NCBI GenBank assembly: GCA_020025885.1
Contig: JAHHRJ010000003.1
Span: 15,498-79,497 of the forward strand
Reading direction: 5' to 3'
DNA: 64,000 nt
Source of the DNA: Butyricicoccus sp.
GTDB taxonomy: Bacteria > Bacillota > Clostridia > Oscillospirales > Butyricicoccaceae
The translations under genes were made by a program, and so were the position numbers. Numbering within the stretch: position 1 is the stretch's first letter; the number at the start of each line of letters is the position of its first letter. This document shows, piece by piece, positions 18,162 to 29,013 of the stretch. The notes below the pieces were generated by a model. The model was given only the letters and a program-made list of their open reading frames with translations. It was not told where the DNA came from and did not search any database.

Positions 18162-19079
18162 TTACTTGGTGATTAGTTCAACCTCAACTGGAATCACAGC
18201 TTCAACCGATTCGCCAGACAGCAGGGAAATTGCAGTCTGTACCGCAGTCTGACCCATGAGATCAGGCTTCTGTGCAACAGTTGCTGCCATTTTTCCATTC
18301 TGGACTGCCTTGACTGCATCGTCTGTTGCGTCAAAACCAACGACAAATACCTTGCGGCTGCCGATTGCCTCGACTGCACCCAATGCCATTTCGTCGTTGT
18401 GTGCAAATACACCTTGTACATCCGGGTTTGCTTGCAGGATGTTTTCCATAACGCTCATGCCCTCAGCGCGGTTGAAGTTTGCGGTCTGCTTTGCCACAAC
18501 ATTCAGCGCCTTGTCTGCTGCATTGTGGAAGCCCTTGCCGCGTTCGATTGCAGCACTTGCGCCCGGAACGCCTTCCAGCTCGGCAACCTTTGCCTGTTCG
18601 CCTGTCAAGGAAATCAGATACTCCGTTGCCATTTCTGCGCCCTTTACGTTGTCAGAAGCGATTGCAGAGTCTACGGTAACACCATTGACTGTACGATCTA
18701 CCGAGATGACCTTGATGCCCTGTGCAATCGCGTCCCTGACAGCGGGCGCAACTGCATCAGAGTCCACTGGGTTTACAATCAGCACACCAATGCCCTTGGA
18801 AATCAGGTCTTCAATGTCGCTTGCCTGTTTTGCAGCATCGTCGCCTGCATCGAGTACAATGAGGTTTTTGCCAGCTGCATTTGCCTCAGTTTTTGCACCC
18901 TCACTGAGGGTAACAAAGAAGGGGTTATTGAGGGTGGAAATGGAAAATCCGATGCTGTCCGTTTGTGGTTTGCTGTTACTTCCAATAGTTTCGCCATCGA
19001 TGGTGAAAACGCTGCATGCTGTAACAGAAAGCGTCAGCATCATAGCAGTCAATAATGCAAAGAGTTTTTTCATGTTCAC
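18162..19079 (-). CDS. rbsB: Ribose ABC transporter substrate-binding lipoprotein
   Basis: Lipobox VTAC, ISTLNNPFF, ASDN, VFAHNDEMALGA, GFD; start may be 19073. Confidence 0.93.
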   Translation of the reverse strand: MNMKKLFALLTAMMLTLSVTACSVFTIDGETIGSNSKPQTDSIGFSISTLNNPFFVTLSEGAKTEANAAGKNLIVLDAGDDAAKQASDIEDLISKGIGVLIVNPVDSDAVAPAVRDAIAQGIKVISVDRTVNGVTVDSAIASDNVKGAEMATEYLISLTGEQAKVAELEGVPGASAAIERGKGFHNAADKALNVVAKQTANFNRAEGMSVMENILQANPDVQGVFAHNDEMALGAVEAIGSRKVFVVGFDATDDAVKAVQNGKMAATVAQKPDLMGQTAVQTAISLLSGESVEAVIPVEVELITK

Positions 19080-19088
19080 ATACTCCTT

Positions 19089-20024
19089 TTATCTTTTACG
19101 GTCGGATAATACAGCAATCAGAATGACGATGCCTTTTACAACATCCTGATAGTAGGAAGATACGCCAAGAATATTCAGTCCGTTGTTCAGTACTGCGATA
19201 ATCAGTACACCGATGAATGTGCCACAGATCTTTCCGCGTCCGCCGTTCATGCTGGTACCGCCGAGCGCAACGGCTGCGATTGCGTCCAGCTCATAACCCT
19301 GACCCAAAGTTGGCTGTGCGGAGCTTAGACGAGAAAGCAGGATTAGACCAGACAGGGAAGCCATCGCGCCAGAAAGTGCATACGCAATGCGTTTGGTGCG
19401 CTCAATGTTAACGCCTGCCAGTCGTGCAGCAGTGGCGTTGCTGCCAGTTGCATAGATATGACGTCCGAATGTAGTCTTTTGCAGGATGAAAAGGAAAATG
19501 ATAAATACAAGGATGAACAGCAAAACAGGAATTGGGATCATAAACAGGTTACCCTTACCGACTGCTTTCAGAAGCAGGCTGTCACCCAAGTTGGAGATCG
19601 GCTTGCCGTCCATGTAGATCATGGTTACGCCGCGGAATACGGTCATCGTAATGAGGGTTGCGATAAATGGCTGGAGACGTCCTTTGGTCACCAAAAGACC
19701 GCTGACATAGCCAAATGCAGTGCCCAGAAGCAGAGAAAGAATCATTGCTGCGCCCACTGGCATACCGCCAGCGATCATGCCAGCGCAGAGTGCGGTGGTG
19801 AGCGCAAGCACAGAACCAACTGACAAGTCGATACCGCCAGTGAGGATGACGCAGGTCATGCCAAACGCGATAAAACCGTTGATTGAGGATTGGCGAAGGA
19901 GCGATAAAAAGTTTCCAAAGCTGCGAAATTCAGGGCTGATGATGCCGATTACAACAACCAACAAAATCAGTGCGATTAGCGCCCCCAGATCTTGAAGGCG
20001 GCTTGCTGCTTTTGTCTTATTCAT
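19089..20024 (-). CDS. rbsC: Ribose ABC transporter permease
   Basis: [29 protein letters not shown]. Confidence 0.93.
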   Translation of the reverse strand: MNKTKAASRLQDLGALIALILLVVVIGIISPEFRSFGNFLSLLRQSSINGFIAFGMTCVILTGGIDLSVGSVLALTTALCAGMIAGGMPVGAAMILSLLLGTAFGYVSGLLVTKGRLQPFIATLITMTVFRGVTMIYMDGKPISNLGDSLLLKAVGKGNLFMIPIPVLLFILVFIIFLFILQKTTFGRHIYATGSNATAARLAGVNIERTKRIAYALSGAMASLSGLILLSRLSSAQPTLGQGYELDAIAAVALGGTSMNGGRGKICGTFIGVLIIAVLNNGLNILGVSSYYQDVVKGIVILIAVLSDRKR

Positions 20025-21507
20025 TGAGATTTCCTCCTGTTGCTAAAATCATAATATTTTCTTGATTTGCTTCTTCCTTGGACAGTGTACCTGTGACATG
20101 TCCTTCATGTACAACCATGATGCGGTCAGACATGCCAAGCACTTCGGGAAGTTCGGATGAAACCATGATGATCGCCACACCCTGTGCAGCGAGTGTGTTG
20201 ATGAGCATATAAATTTCTTTCTTTGCACCGATATCTACGCCGCGGGTTGGCTCGTCCAGAATCAAAACCTTGGGTTCGGTAAACATCCACTTTGCAAAGA
20301 TAACCTTTTGCTGATTGCCGCCGCTGAGACTGCCGCAGGTTTGCTCAGCGGAAGAACAACGGATATGCAGCTCATCAATACCGCGTTTGACGAGGTTTTG
20401 TTCCTGCTCTTTGGACAGTACACTGTGCTTTGAAATGCGATTTAAATTGGCAAGGGAGATATTTTTGGTAATGCTTTCTTCCAGCATCAAGCCCTCAACC
20501 TTGCGGTCTTCTGTGATAAAGCCAATGCCATTTTTGATTGCGGCTTGTGGATCTGTGTTCTGAATCTCTGTGCCGTTTAATAAGATGTGTCCAGTCACAT
20601 GCGGCATGTTGCCAAAAATCGCCTGCATGATTTCCGTTCTGCCTGCGCCCATCAGTCCGGATACGCCCAGAACTTCGCCCGCGCGTACCGCAAAGGAGAC
20701 ATCTTCGAATGTTCCGGGGCAGGTGAGGTGCTGGACTTCCAAGACAGGTGCGCCGATGGGCACGTCTCTTGCGGGATAGCGTTCGCCGATTTCTCTGCCG
20801 ATCATCATTTTGACCACGTCGTTCATATCGGTGTCCTTGATGTTCTTTGTGCCGACGTATGTACCATCTCGCAGAATGGTGATGCGGTCGCACAGCTCGA
20901 AGATTTCTTCCATACGGTGGGAGATATAGACAATGGATACGCCTTTTTCGCGCAAGGATTTCACAACATCAAAAAGCACATGGGTTTCGCTTTGAGTCAG
21001 TGCGGCGGTCGGCTCGTCCATGATAATGACCTGTGCATCGGCCATCAGTGCTTTTGCGATTTCGACCATCTGCTGTTGTCCAACCGATAGCTCATTCATG
21101 CGCTGGCGTGGGTCGATCTTGACACCCAGTCGTTCCAAAACCGTTTTTGCTTCTTTTTGCATGCGGGACTTATCGCATACGCCGAAGCGGTTTTTGATCT
21201 CTTTTCCAAGAAACATGTTTTCTTCTACGGTGAGATCAAACAAAACATTCAGCTCTTGATGAATGAATACAACGCCTGCTTTTTCTGCTTCTTTTGCGCT
21301 TTTGTAGCAAACTTCTTTGCCATCCACAAGGATTGTTCCGGCATCTTTGGTGTAAACGCCAGTGAGGATCTTCATAAGGGTGGATTTACCAGCACCGTTT
21401 TCTCCCATTAGGGCATGAATTTCGCCAGTTTTTAGGGAGAATCCAGCGTCTTTTAATACTTTATTACTTGCGAAGGCTTTACAGATTTCTTTCATCATGA
21501 TTTCCAT
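20017..21507 (-). CDS. rbsA: Ribose ABC transporter ATP-binding protein
   Basis: GENGAGKST, two ABC domains, [16 protein letters not shown]. Confidence 0.95.
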   Translation of the reverse strand: MEIMMKEICKAFASNKVLKDAGFSLKTGEIHALMGENGAGKSTLMKILTGVYTKDAGTILVDGKEVCYKSAKEAEKAGVVFIHQELNVLFDLTVEENMFLGKEIKNRFGVCDKSRMQKEAKTVLERLGVKIDPRQRMNELSVGQQQMVEIAKALMADAQVIIMDEPTAALTQSETHVLFDVVKSLREKGVSIVYISHRMEEIFELCDRITILRDGTYVGTKNIKDTDMNDVVKMMIGREIGERYPARDVPIGAPVLEVQHLTCPGTFEDVSFAVRAGEVLGVSGLMGAGRTEIMQAIFGNMPHVTGHILLNGTEIQNTDPQAAIKNGIGFITEDRKVEGLMLEESITKNISLANLNRISKHSVLSKEQEQNLVKRGIDELHIRCSSAEQTCGSLSGGNQQKVIFAKWMFTEPKVLILDEPTRGVDIGAKKEIYMLINTLAAQGVAIIMVSSELPEVLGMSDRIMVVHEGHVTGTLSKEEANQENIMILATGGNLNE

Positions 21508-21523
21508 AAAATCGCCCCCTTAC

Positions 21524-21928
21524 TTAAAAGATACAGCCAGATTGCAGGATGATATTGCCATAAGGCGTGTTTTCGCCTGTGCGTACAACTGCTTTGCAGG
21601 TTTTTGTCATCTGCTTGAGCTGTTCATGTGTCACAAATTCAACGGTTGGCATTTCAGAGGTTTCAAAGAATGCATAAATTTTCTTGAGGATTTGTGGATT
21701 ATGAGTCTTGATCTCATCGGCTAAGATGATTTTTTCGATTTTCATATCCTGTCCGACTTCTTGGAGCACATCCATAAAGGAGGGGACACCAAAACGCAGT
21801 GCAAGGTCGATTTTCTGCGTTTCTGCTGGAATGGGCAGACCGCAATCTCCGATACAGATTTGATCGGTGTGTCCCATATTGGAGAGCACCATGGAAATTT
21901 GGCTGTTTAGGATTCCATGCTTTTTCAT
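21524..21928 (-). CDS. rbsD: D-ribose pyranase
   Basis: MKKHGILN, GHTD, DCGLPIP, RTGENTPY. Confidence 0.96.
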   Translation of the reverse strand: MKKHGILNSQISMVLSNMGHTDQICIGDCGLPIPAETQKIDLALRFGVPSFMDVLQEVGQDMKIEKIILADEIKTHNPQILKKIYAFFETSEMPTVEFVTHEQLKQMTKTCKAVVRTGENTPYGNIILQSGCIF

Positions 21929-21943
21929 ACTGTGCCGCCTTCC

Positions 21944-22825
21944 TTATAATTCTTTGCTGACTTCGTCTGCGGTTGGCATGCCCGTCTGTGCACCGAATCG
22001 CTCGGTTGACAGGCTTGCGGCAACATTTGCATAGTGAAGTGCTGTTTTGAGATCGTCGCCCTTGGCGAAGCGTACCGCGAATGCGGCGTTTAAGGTATCT
22101 CCCGCGCCGGTGGTATCCACGACCTTGGCTTTTCTGGCAGGTACAGTAAAGATTTCCTGATCCTTTGTGCAAGCGGAAACACCCTTGGAACCTTGGGTAA
22201 TGATGAGCTTTTCCGGATATTTCATCAAAAGTTCTTCGGTGGTGTGCTCTGCACCGAAAATTAAACGTGCTTCATGCTCATTTGGAGTCAGGAAGGTTAC
22301 CTTCTCGATCACTTCTATCGGAACGGCGGAAGCAGGAGCCGGATTTAAAATCACTGGAATTTCCTTCTCCGAACAGAAATCAATGATGGCATAAACGGTT
22401 TCGAGCGGGATTTCATGCTGGAGTACGACCAGCGAACACACTGCAAGCGAGTCCTTGATTTCATCCAGATAGGCGAGATCGACATGGCTGTTCGCACCTG
22501 CGACAACAACGATCGTATTGTCATTGTCACCCACAGTAATGAGCGCCAGTCCGGTTGGTACATTGGGGAGTACACAGATGTGCGCAGTCTTCACATGGTT
22601 TGCATTCAGATTTTCCAGCATCTTTCTGCCGTTTTCATCGTCACCAACACATCCGAACATTTCGACTTCTGCGCCGAGTCGTGCCATAGCGACTGCTTGG
22701 TTTGCGCCTTTTCCACCGGGGATGTATTGGAGCTTGTCACCGCGAAGGGTCTCACCCTTGAGGGGGATGCGCTCGGCTGTAACAGTAAGGTCTGTATTGA
22801 TGCTTCCGACAACTGCAATTTTCAT
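21944..22825 (-). CDS. rbsK: Ribokinase
   Basis: VVGSINTD, GGKGANQA, NPAP, PNEHE, DTTGAGD. Confidence 0.95.
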   Translation of the reverse strand: MKIAVVGSINTDLTVTAERIPLKGETLRGDKLQYIPGGKGANQAVAMARLGAEVEMFGCVGDDENGRKMLENLNANHVKTAHICVLPNVPTGLALITVGDNDNTIVVVAGANSHVDLAYLDEIKDSLAVCSLVVLQHEIPLETVYAIIDFCSEKEIPVILNPAPASAVPIEVIEKVTFLTPNEHEARLIFGAEHTTEELLMKYPEKLIITQGSKGVSACTKDQEIFTVPARKAKVVDTTGAGDTLNAAFAVRFAKGDDLKTALHYANVAASLSTERFGAQTGMPTADEVSKEL

Positions 22826-23820
22826 TGGATGAATCCTCCTTTTGTCCTGTGTGTGGTTTGTCTTTCGATGAGTGAAACATCTAAAATTAGGTTTTCTTGA
22901 TTTTGGGATGCGCTGTCTTGTAAGATAAGCTGTACTGCTTTTTGTCCCAGTTCGCAAATGGGCTGATGAATCGTTGTCAGCTCGGGAGTCAAACGCCAGC
23001 TAAAGCTGATGTCATCAAAGCCGATCAGCTGGATGTCATCCGGAATTTTATAACCAGCTTGTGTTAGGATCTTATAAACTGCCATTGCCGCAATGTCATT
23101 GCTTGCAAGGATACCGTCGGCGTCGGGGTAGTATGCCATGATCTCCTTTGCTGCAATGAGTCCGCTCTCATAAGAATAGTCACAGTCTAGGAACAATGGT
23201 TCACGGTTATATTTTTCGCAGATATCCACATATGCCCGATATCGTTCTTGACTGCTGGAATATTTCTGCGGTGCGCGCAGACAAATGATTTTTTTGCATC
23301 CACACTGCACAAGATGTTCTGCCGCGAGCCAGCCGCCTTTATAATGATCGGCTTCAATCGAAGCAACCTTTTTGCCGGAGGTAAAGCGTCGATCCATGAC
23401 AACGATGGGAAGTTCGCAGTTTGCGATATTTTTTCCAGTATCCTCGCCGTTTGTCATAATGATGATGCCGTCAGCTTTCATCTGTACCAGCATTTGAATG
23501 TTGATTGCTTCTTTTTCAGGGCTGTGATCAGAATAGCACAAGAGGATTTTATAACCCTGCGTGAATGCTTCCGTTTCGATTGCTTTTGCAGCTTCGCTGA
23601 AGAATGGATTTTCAATATCTGGAATGATGACACCGATGATCTTGGAAGAATGCTTAAACAATGCACGTGCCAGTTCGTTTGGTTTGAAACCGGTTTCAGA
23701 AATGGCGGCAAGAACAGCCTGTCGCTTGCGCTCGTCAACTTTTGCCGTTCCGTTGATTACGCGGGATACGGTAGCAGGGGAGACCCCAGCCAGTTTTGCG
23801 ACTTCTCGAATCGTTGCCAT
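22822..23820 (-). CDS. rbsR: LacI-family repressor of the ribose operon
   Basis: TIREVAKLAGVSPATVSRVIN HTH; first gene of the rbs operon. Confidence 0.9.
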   Translation of the reverse strand: MATIREVAKLAGVSPATVSRVINGTAKVDERKRQAVLAAISETGFKPNELARALFKHSSKIIGVIIPDIENPFFSEAAKAIETEAFTQGYKILLCYSDHSPEKEAINIQMLVQMKADGIIIMTNGEDTGKNIANCELPIVVMDRRFTSGKKVASIEADHYKGGWLAAEHLVQCGCKKIICLRAPQKYSSSQERYRAYVDICEKYNREPLFLDCDYSYESGLIAAKEIMAYYPDADGILASNDIAAMAVYKILTQAGYKIPDDIQLIGFDDISFSWRLTPELTTIHQPICELGQKAVQLILQDSASQNQENLILDVSLIERQTTHRTKGGFIQ

Positions 23821-23839
23821 GATATAACCTCCAAATGAT

Positions 23840-23894
23840 TGAAACCCGTTTCATAAGATGGTTCTATTATATGCATGTGGTTTTATGTTGTCAA
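23840..23894 (-). promoter_or_regulatory. rbs promoter and LacI-type operator
   Basis: Minus strand TTGACA(23889-94)-17 nt-TATAAT(23866-71); palindrome TGAAACCCGTTTCA at 23840-23853. Confidence 0.8.
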
Positions 23895-24102
23895 TGGGAT
23901 TTGTAAAGTTTGTAAAAATTGTATATTGGATCGGCTTTAGTTTAAACAAAGTGCACATTAGAAAAGCCGATTTCTTTTGTGTATCCATGTTGCATGAGAC
24001 GAGGGGAGAAACCCAGACAAGAAAAATGCCCCTGCGTGCATTCTGAAACCAGTTTGCATACAGGAGCATTTTTTTCATTTTTATTTGCAATGAAACAGAG
24101 GA

Positions 24103-25497
24103 TCAAGCCTTGTTTTGAATGTATTCATCCATTGCAGCCGCGGCACGCTTACCAGCACCCATTGCCAAAATAACCGTTGCAGCGCCAGTGACTGCATCAC
24201 CGCCAGCAAAAACGCCGTCCTTGCTGGTGATGCCGTTTTCTTCATCGGCAACGATACAGCCGCGCTTGTTAGTCTCCAGTCCTGGAGTTGTGGAGCGGAT
24301 CAGTGGGTTCGGGCTGGTGCCGATCGCAACGATTACAGCGTCCAGATCCAGCACAAACTCGCTGCCAGCAACTGGTACTGGACGGCGGCGTCCGGACTCA
24401 TCCGGCTCACCAAGCTCCATCTGCTGGCACTTTAGACCAGTTACAAGATAGCTTTCCTCATCGCCAAGTACTTCGAGCGGTGCAGTCAGGAATTTGAAGA
24501 TAATGCCTTCTTCCTTGGCGTGGTGGATCTCTTCCAGACGTGCTGGCAGTTCGGACTCACCACGGCGATATACGATGTATACATCTTCTGCGCCCATACG
24601 CTTTGCACAGCGTGCAGCATCCATTGCAACATTACCGCCGCCAACGATCGCAACCTTTTTTGCGCGGTGGATCGGGGTGTTGGAATCCTTCTTGTATGCC
24701 TTCATCAGGTTGACACGGGTCAGATACTCGTTTGCCGAGTAAACGCCGTTGTAGTTCTCGCCTGGAATGCGCATAAAGGTTGGCAGACCTGCGCCAGAGC
24801 CGACAAAAATTGCCTCATAGCCATCTGCAAACAGATCATCGATGGTTTCAGAACGACCGACAACAAAGTTCAGTACAAAGGTAACGCCGAGTTCTTTCAG
24901 GGTGTCGATTTCTTTCTGCACGATGGACTTCGGCAGACGGAATTCCGGAATGCCATACATCAGCACGCCGCCAGCGGTATGTAGTGCCTCAAATACAGTT
25001 ACTTCATAACCCTTGCGTACAAGATCACCCGCGCACGTCAGACCAGCAGGACCTGCACCAACGACTGCAACCTTGTGTCCGTTTGGTTCCGGCTTTTCCG
25101 GCTTGGAGGTGTCATGTGCCATTGCATAGTCGGCAACAAAACGTTCCAGACGACCGATGCCAACCGACTCGCCCTTGATGGCACGTACACACTTCTGCTC
25201 GCACTGGGTTTCCTGTGGGCATACACGACCGCAAACAGCAGGCAGAGCAGAAGTCTCTTTGATCTTTGCAGCCGCTTCGAGGAATTTGCCCTCAGCAACC
25301 AGCGCAATAAATTCCGGAATCTGTACACCAACTGGGCAGCCAGATACGCAAGGCTTGTGCTTACAATTGAGGCAGCGCTGTGCTTCTTCAATCGCCATTT
25401 CTGGGGTGTAGCCAGTGGTTACTTCTTCAAAATTCTTGTTGCGAATATTTGGTTCCTGCTCTGGCATTGGAACCTTGGTCAAAGACATATTCGGCAT
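24103..25497 (-). CDS. nfnB: Electron-bifurcating transhydrogenase large subunit NfnB (GltD/SudA-like)
   Basis: RCLNC..PCVSGCP, CGRVCPQETQC, two Rossmann motifs; paired with an NfnA-like gene and no gltB nearby. Confidence 0.85.
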   Translation of the reverse strand: MPNMSLTKVPMPEQEPNIRNKNFEEVTTGYTPEMAIEEAQRCLNCKHKPCVSGCPVGVQIPEFIALVAEGKFLEAAAKIKETSALPAVCGRVCPQETQCEQKCVRAIKGESVGIGRLERFVADYAMAHDTSKPEKPEPNGHKVAVVGAGPAGLTCAGDLVRKGYEVTVFEALHTAGGVLMYGIPEFRLPKSIVQKEIDTLKELGVTFVLNFVVGRSETIDDLFADGYEAIFVGSGAGLPTFMRIPGENYNGVYSANEYLTRVNLMKAYKKDSNTPIHRAKKVAIVGGGNVAMDAARCAKRMGAEDVYIVYRRGESELPARLEEIHHAKEEGIIFKFLTAPLEVLGDEESYLVTGLKCQQMELGEPDESGRRRPVPVAGSEFVLDLDAVIVAIGTSPNPLIRSTTPGLETNKRGCIVADEENGITSKDGVFAGGDAVTGAATVILAMGAGKRAAAAMDEYIQNKA

Positions 25498-25499
25498 AA

Positions 25500-26342
25500 T
25501 TATTGTACCTCCATCTTATGCATGTTGCATTTGTGTTCAAGTGCATCATGCTCCTGCTTTCTGTACATAGCACTGCGGCGCATGGACTCATCAAAATCGA
25601 CCAGATGACCATCGAAGTCAGGTCCGTCTACACAAGCAAACTTGGTTTCGCCGCCAACCGTCAGACGGCAGCCGCCGCACATACCCGTGCCATCAACCAT
25701 GGTCGAGTTCATGGATACAATGGTTTTGATGCCATAAGGACGTGTGGTCTCACACACGAACTTCATCATAATCATAGGACCGATCGCAATGACTGCATCG
25801 TACTGGTTACCTGCTTCGATCAGTTCCTTCAGTACTTCGGTAACAAGCGCCTTGTGTCCGTTCGAACCATCGTCGGTTACGAGATGCAGACGGGTGGAAG
25901 CGGCACGCATTTCGTCTTCCAGAATAATAATATCTTTATTGCGGAAGCCGGCGATCAGGTCAACCTCTGTACCCATTTCATGCAGTGCTTTTGCCTGCGG
26001 ATACGCAATTGCACAGCCCAGACCGCCGCCAACAACAGCAACTTTCTTGAGCCCTTCCAGCTCGCTTGCACGACCGAGCGGACCAACGAAGTCATGCAGA
26101 CAGTCTCCAACATTTAGCTGACCGAGCTGCTTTGTGGTTGCACCAACCTCTTGGAAGATAATCATAATGGTACCCTGCTCGCGATCGTAGGAAGCGATCG
26201 TCAACGGAATACGTTCGCCTTCTTCATCCACGCGCAGGATAATGAACTGTCCAGGCAGTGCCTTTTTCGCAACATGGGGAGCCTCAATAATCATTTGTTT
26301 GGTATTAGTATTGAGCGTCTTTTTTTCAAGAATTTTATACAT
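25500..26342 (-). CDS. nfnA: Electron-bifurcating transhydrogenase small subunit NfnA (SudB-like)
   Basis: PGQF, GERIPLTI, DGTGMCGGCR..ACVDGP. Confidence 0.87.
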   Translation of the reverse strand: MYKILEKKTLNTNTKQMIIEAPHVAKKALPGQFIILRVDEEGERIPLTIASYDREQGTIMIIFQEVGATTKQLGQLNVGDCLHDFVGPLGRASELEGLKKVAVVGGGLGCAIAYPQAKALHEMGTEVDLIAGFRNKDIIILEDEMRAASTRLHLVTDDGSNGHKALVTEVLKELIEAGNQYDAVIAIGPMIMMKFVCETTRPYGIKTIVSMNSTMVDGTGMCGGCRLTVGGETKFACVDGPDFDGHLVDFDESMRRSAMYRKQEHDALEHKCNMHKMEVQ

Positions 26343-26463
26343 TCCAATCCACCTCCATAATGTATTTCATTATACAACAGGGGCAGATAATTTGCAAGAA
26401 TGCTTTTTGAGAATGAATTGGTGAAATTATGAGATTGTGTGAAAAGACACAAGAGAAATTGCA

Positions 26464-27213
26464 TTATGAGTAATTCAAAGTGATGTATTCCGAGCGGGAA
26501 TAGCCCTCGATATCCTGATATCGGATGACATACCAGCCGTTCCAAGAGCCAAGCACAGCTACTTGTGCACCGTCTGGTGCGCGTCCTAAAATCGGTGCAT
26601 CCAAGGAGGGACGTTCCCGAATGTTCAGGTTGCCGCCGTTCAGATCAACAGTGGCAGACAAAATGGGTTCGGGCTCCAGGAAGGGCACGCCGAAGTATTG
26701 GGTCAGTGCCATGACCATGGCACGCGCGATTGGTACAATGTTGCCGCGGATCCATGTGGCGTCGTCAGGGTTATCGTGGTAACCAAGCTCTGCGAGAATG
26801 GCAGGGGCGCGGGTGCGTGTGACTTCGCCGATACTGGTGGTAGGGCGCGCAACCACATCGTCCGGCAATGGATAGATCCGGCGGAGCTGAGAGACAGCAA
26901 GATCCGCTAAAATACGGCTGCGCTCAGAAGCTGGGTAATAGTACACATCAATACCGCGCAAGCGTCCAGCAAGGCTTTCTGGAGCGGCGTTGGAGTGTAA
27001 TGCAACATGCGCATCATATTCTCCAGCGTTGGAAGCGCGAATGGAAGAAGCCGCCGTCATTTCTGGCGTGTTGCGTGTGAATGTGATACCGGATGCGGTC
27101 AAATACGGTTCCATCGCATCTGCGACTAAATTCATGTAAAACTCTTCGCTGCCGTCTCCATCATAATAAAGGTTAAAATCTTGTGTACTTGGGGATAAGT
27201 AAATATTTGGCAT
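26464..27213 (-). CDS. N-acetylmuramoyl-L-alanine amidase (Amidase_3) with C-terminal SH3b domain
   Basis: IYLSPS, HVALHSNA, ELGYHDN, LNIRERPS; RBS AGGAGG. Confidence 0.87.
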   Translation of the reverse strand: MPNIYLSPSTQDFNLYYDGDGSEEFYMNLVADAMEPYLTASGITFTRNTPEMTAASSIRASNAGEYDAHVALHSNAAPESLAGRLRGIDVYYYPASERSRILADLAVSQLRRIYPLPDDVVARPTTSIGEVTRTRAPAILAELGYHDNPDDATWIRGNIVPIARAMVMALTQYFGVPFLEPEPILSATVDLNGGNLNIRERPSLDAPILGRAPDGAQVAVLGSWNGWYVIRYQDIEGYSRSEYITLNYS

Positions 27214-27400
27214 ACTATAAGACCTCCTGCAACTGACATAGATGGATATTTCATTGCTATGCACAAAAGAGGAAAGTGGTTACAAGTTTGAAAAAATCAG
27301 GTTTTCTTTGAAAAATAGTTGTATTCTTGTCAAATACGCGGTATGATAGAGCACACACGAATTTTAAATGAACCGCATCTATGCGGTAAGGAGGAATTGC

Positions 27401-28720
27401 ATGAAACTAACAACACGACATAGGCTCCTGGTTGGTGTGACCTTGTTTTCTATGTTCTTTGGAGCAGGAAATTTAATTTTCCCCCCGTTTTTGGGAGCAC
27501 AAGCAGGTGAGGCTTCTATTCCTGCGATGATCGGCTTTTGTCTTAGCGCCGTGGGACTTCCCATACTGGGTGTCATTGCCGTCGCGGAGTCTAATGGATT
27601 GCCCGAACTGGCTGGGCGTGTACATCCAAAATTTGCAGCCGTCTTTACCTTTTTGATTTATATGTCCATTGGGCCTTGCCTTGCCATTCCGCGTACCGCG
27701 ACGACCTCGTTTGAGATGACAACGGTTCCTTTTTTACCTGAGGGGATCTCACTGGGGATGGCACAGCTCATGTATTCCATCGTCTTTTTTGCGATCGCGT
27801 TGTTGCTTGCTCTGCGTCCAGACAAGCTGACCGACCGACTGGGCAAGATCCTTGGACCAGCACTGCTCACGCTAATCGTGGTTATTTTTGTGGGCTGTGT
27901 TCTGCATCCGTTGGGAACACCGGGGGAAGCACTTGGCAAATATGCTTCTGGCGCAGCAGTCACTGGCTTCCTTGAGGGATATCAGACCATGGATACCATT
28001 GCGGCACTGAACTTTGGCTTTATCATTGCGCTCAATATTCGTGCAAAGGGTGTGGAGGACAACCGCCAGATTGTAGGCGAGACCTGCCGCGCTGGCTTGA
28101 TCGCGGGAATTGTACTGTTTGCGGTCTATGCGGCACTGACATACATTGGCGTACAGTCTGGTGCAGCGTTTTCTGGTGCAGAGAACGGCACTGCGGTGCT
28201 CAAGTCTATTGTGATGGAGCTGTTTGGACCAATTGGCGTGATCATTCTGGCGCTGATTTTCGGCATTGCATGCCTCAATACCTGCGTGGGACTAATCTCC
28301 TGCTGTGGTGATTACTTTGCAAAGATTTTCCCGGTATTTGGTTATCGGGTGTGGGCATGCTTTTTTGCATTTGTAAGCATGTTGATTTCTAATGTGGGTC
28401 TGAATCAGATCTTGTCTCTCTCCGTACCTGTGCTGGGTGCAATCTATCCGGTTGCGATCGTGCTGATCGCGCTGGCGTTTACGCATCGCTGGCTGGGACG
28501 TTTTGTGTATGTATACCCGGCTGCGATTTTGTGCACAGGTGTTGTCAGTGTGTTGGCGGCGCTTGAGGGCGTGCATGTGGTCATTCCGGGAATTACTGCA
28601 CTTCTGAATCTGTTGCCGTTTTATGATGTGAGCCTTGGATGGCTGCTTCCTGCGCTGATCGGTGTGGGCGTTGGTGTACTCATTTCACCAAAAACAGTCA
28701 AAAATAAGGATTTTTTGTAA
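27401..28720 (+). CDS. brnQ: Branched-chain amino acid transport system II carrier
   Basis: LFSMFFGAGNLIFPP, AIPRTA, GYQTMD, ACLNT. Confidence 0.95.
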   Translation: MKLTTRHRLLVGVTLFSMFFGAGNLIFPPFLGAQAGEASIPAMIGFCLSAVGLPILGVIAVAESNGLPELAGRVHPKFAAVFTFLIYMSIGPCLAIPRTATTSFEMTTVPFLPEGISLGMAQLMYSIVFFAIALLLALRPDKLTDRLGKILGPALLTLIVVIFVGCVLHPLGTPGEALGKYASGAAVTGFLEGYQTMDTIAALNFGFIIALNIRAKGVEDNRQIVGETCRAGLIAGIVLFAVYAALTYIGVQSGAAFSGAENGTAVLKSIVMELFGPIGVIILALIFGIACLNTCVGLISCCGDYFAKIFPVFGYRVWACFFAFVSMLISNVGLNQILSLSVPVLGAIYPVAIVLIALAFTHRWLGRFVYVYPAAILCTGVVSVLAALEGVHVVIPGITALLNLLPFYDVSLGWLLPALIGVGVGVLISPKTVKNKDFL

Positions 28721-29013
28721 GATTGACGAGCATATATAAAATAGGCGAAAATTGTGCATGATGCTGAGTTTAAGGCGGAAAATGTATCAAAAATATAAGT
28801 ATTCCTGTGCGGTTTGTACGGATTTGGAAAAAGCAATACACAATTTACCGATAATTGACTGTTTTTTGGCAATCGTTTTGGCATAAATACTTGTTGCTAT
28901 TGGATAAATTCGTGATATAATATCAGGCGGAAAAGATTAAGATTGTATCAAAGCCGGGCGCAGGCATGCTGCCTGTTTTTAGATAATGGCTGGTGCCATT
29001 TGGAGGAATCGAC

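Noticed and set aside
24103..25497. Glutamate synthase small subunit
   Set aside because: No large subunit is adjacent and it is paired with an NfnA/SudB homologue, so NfnB is the better call
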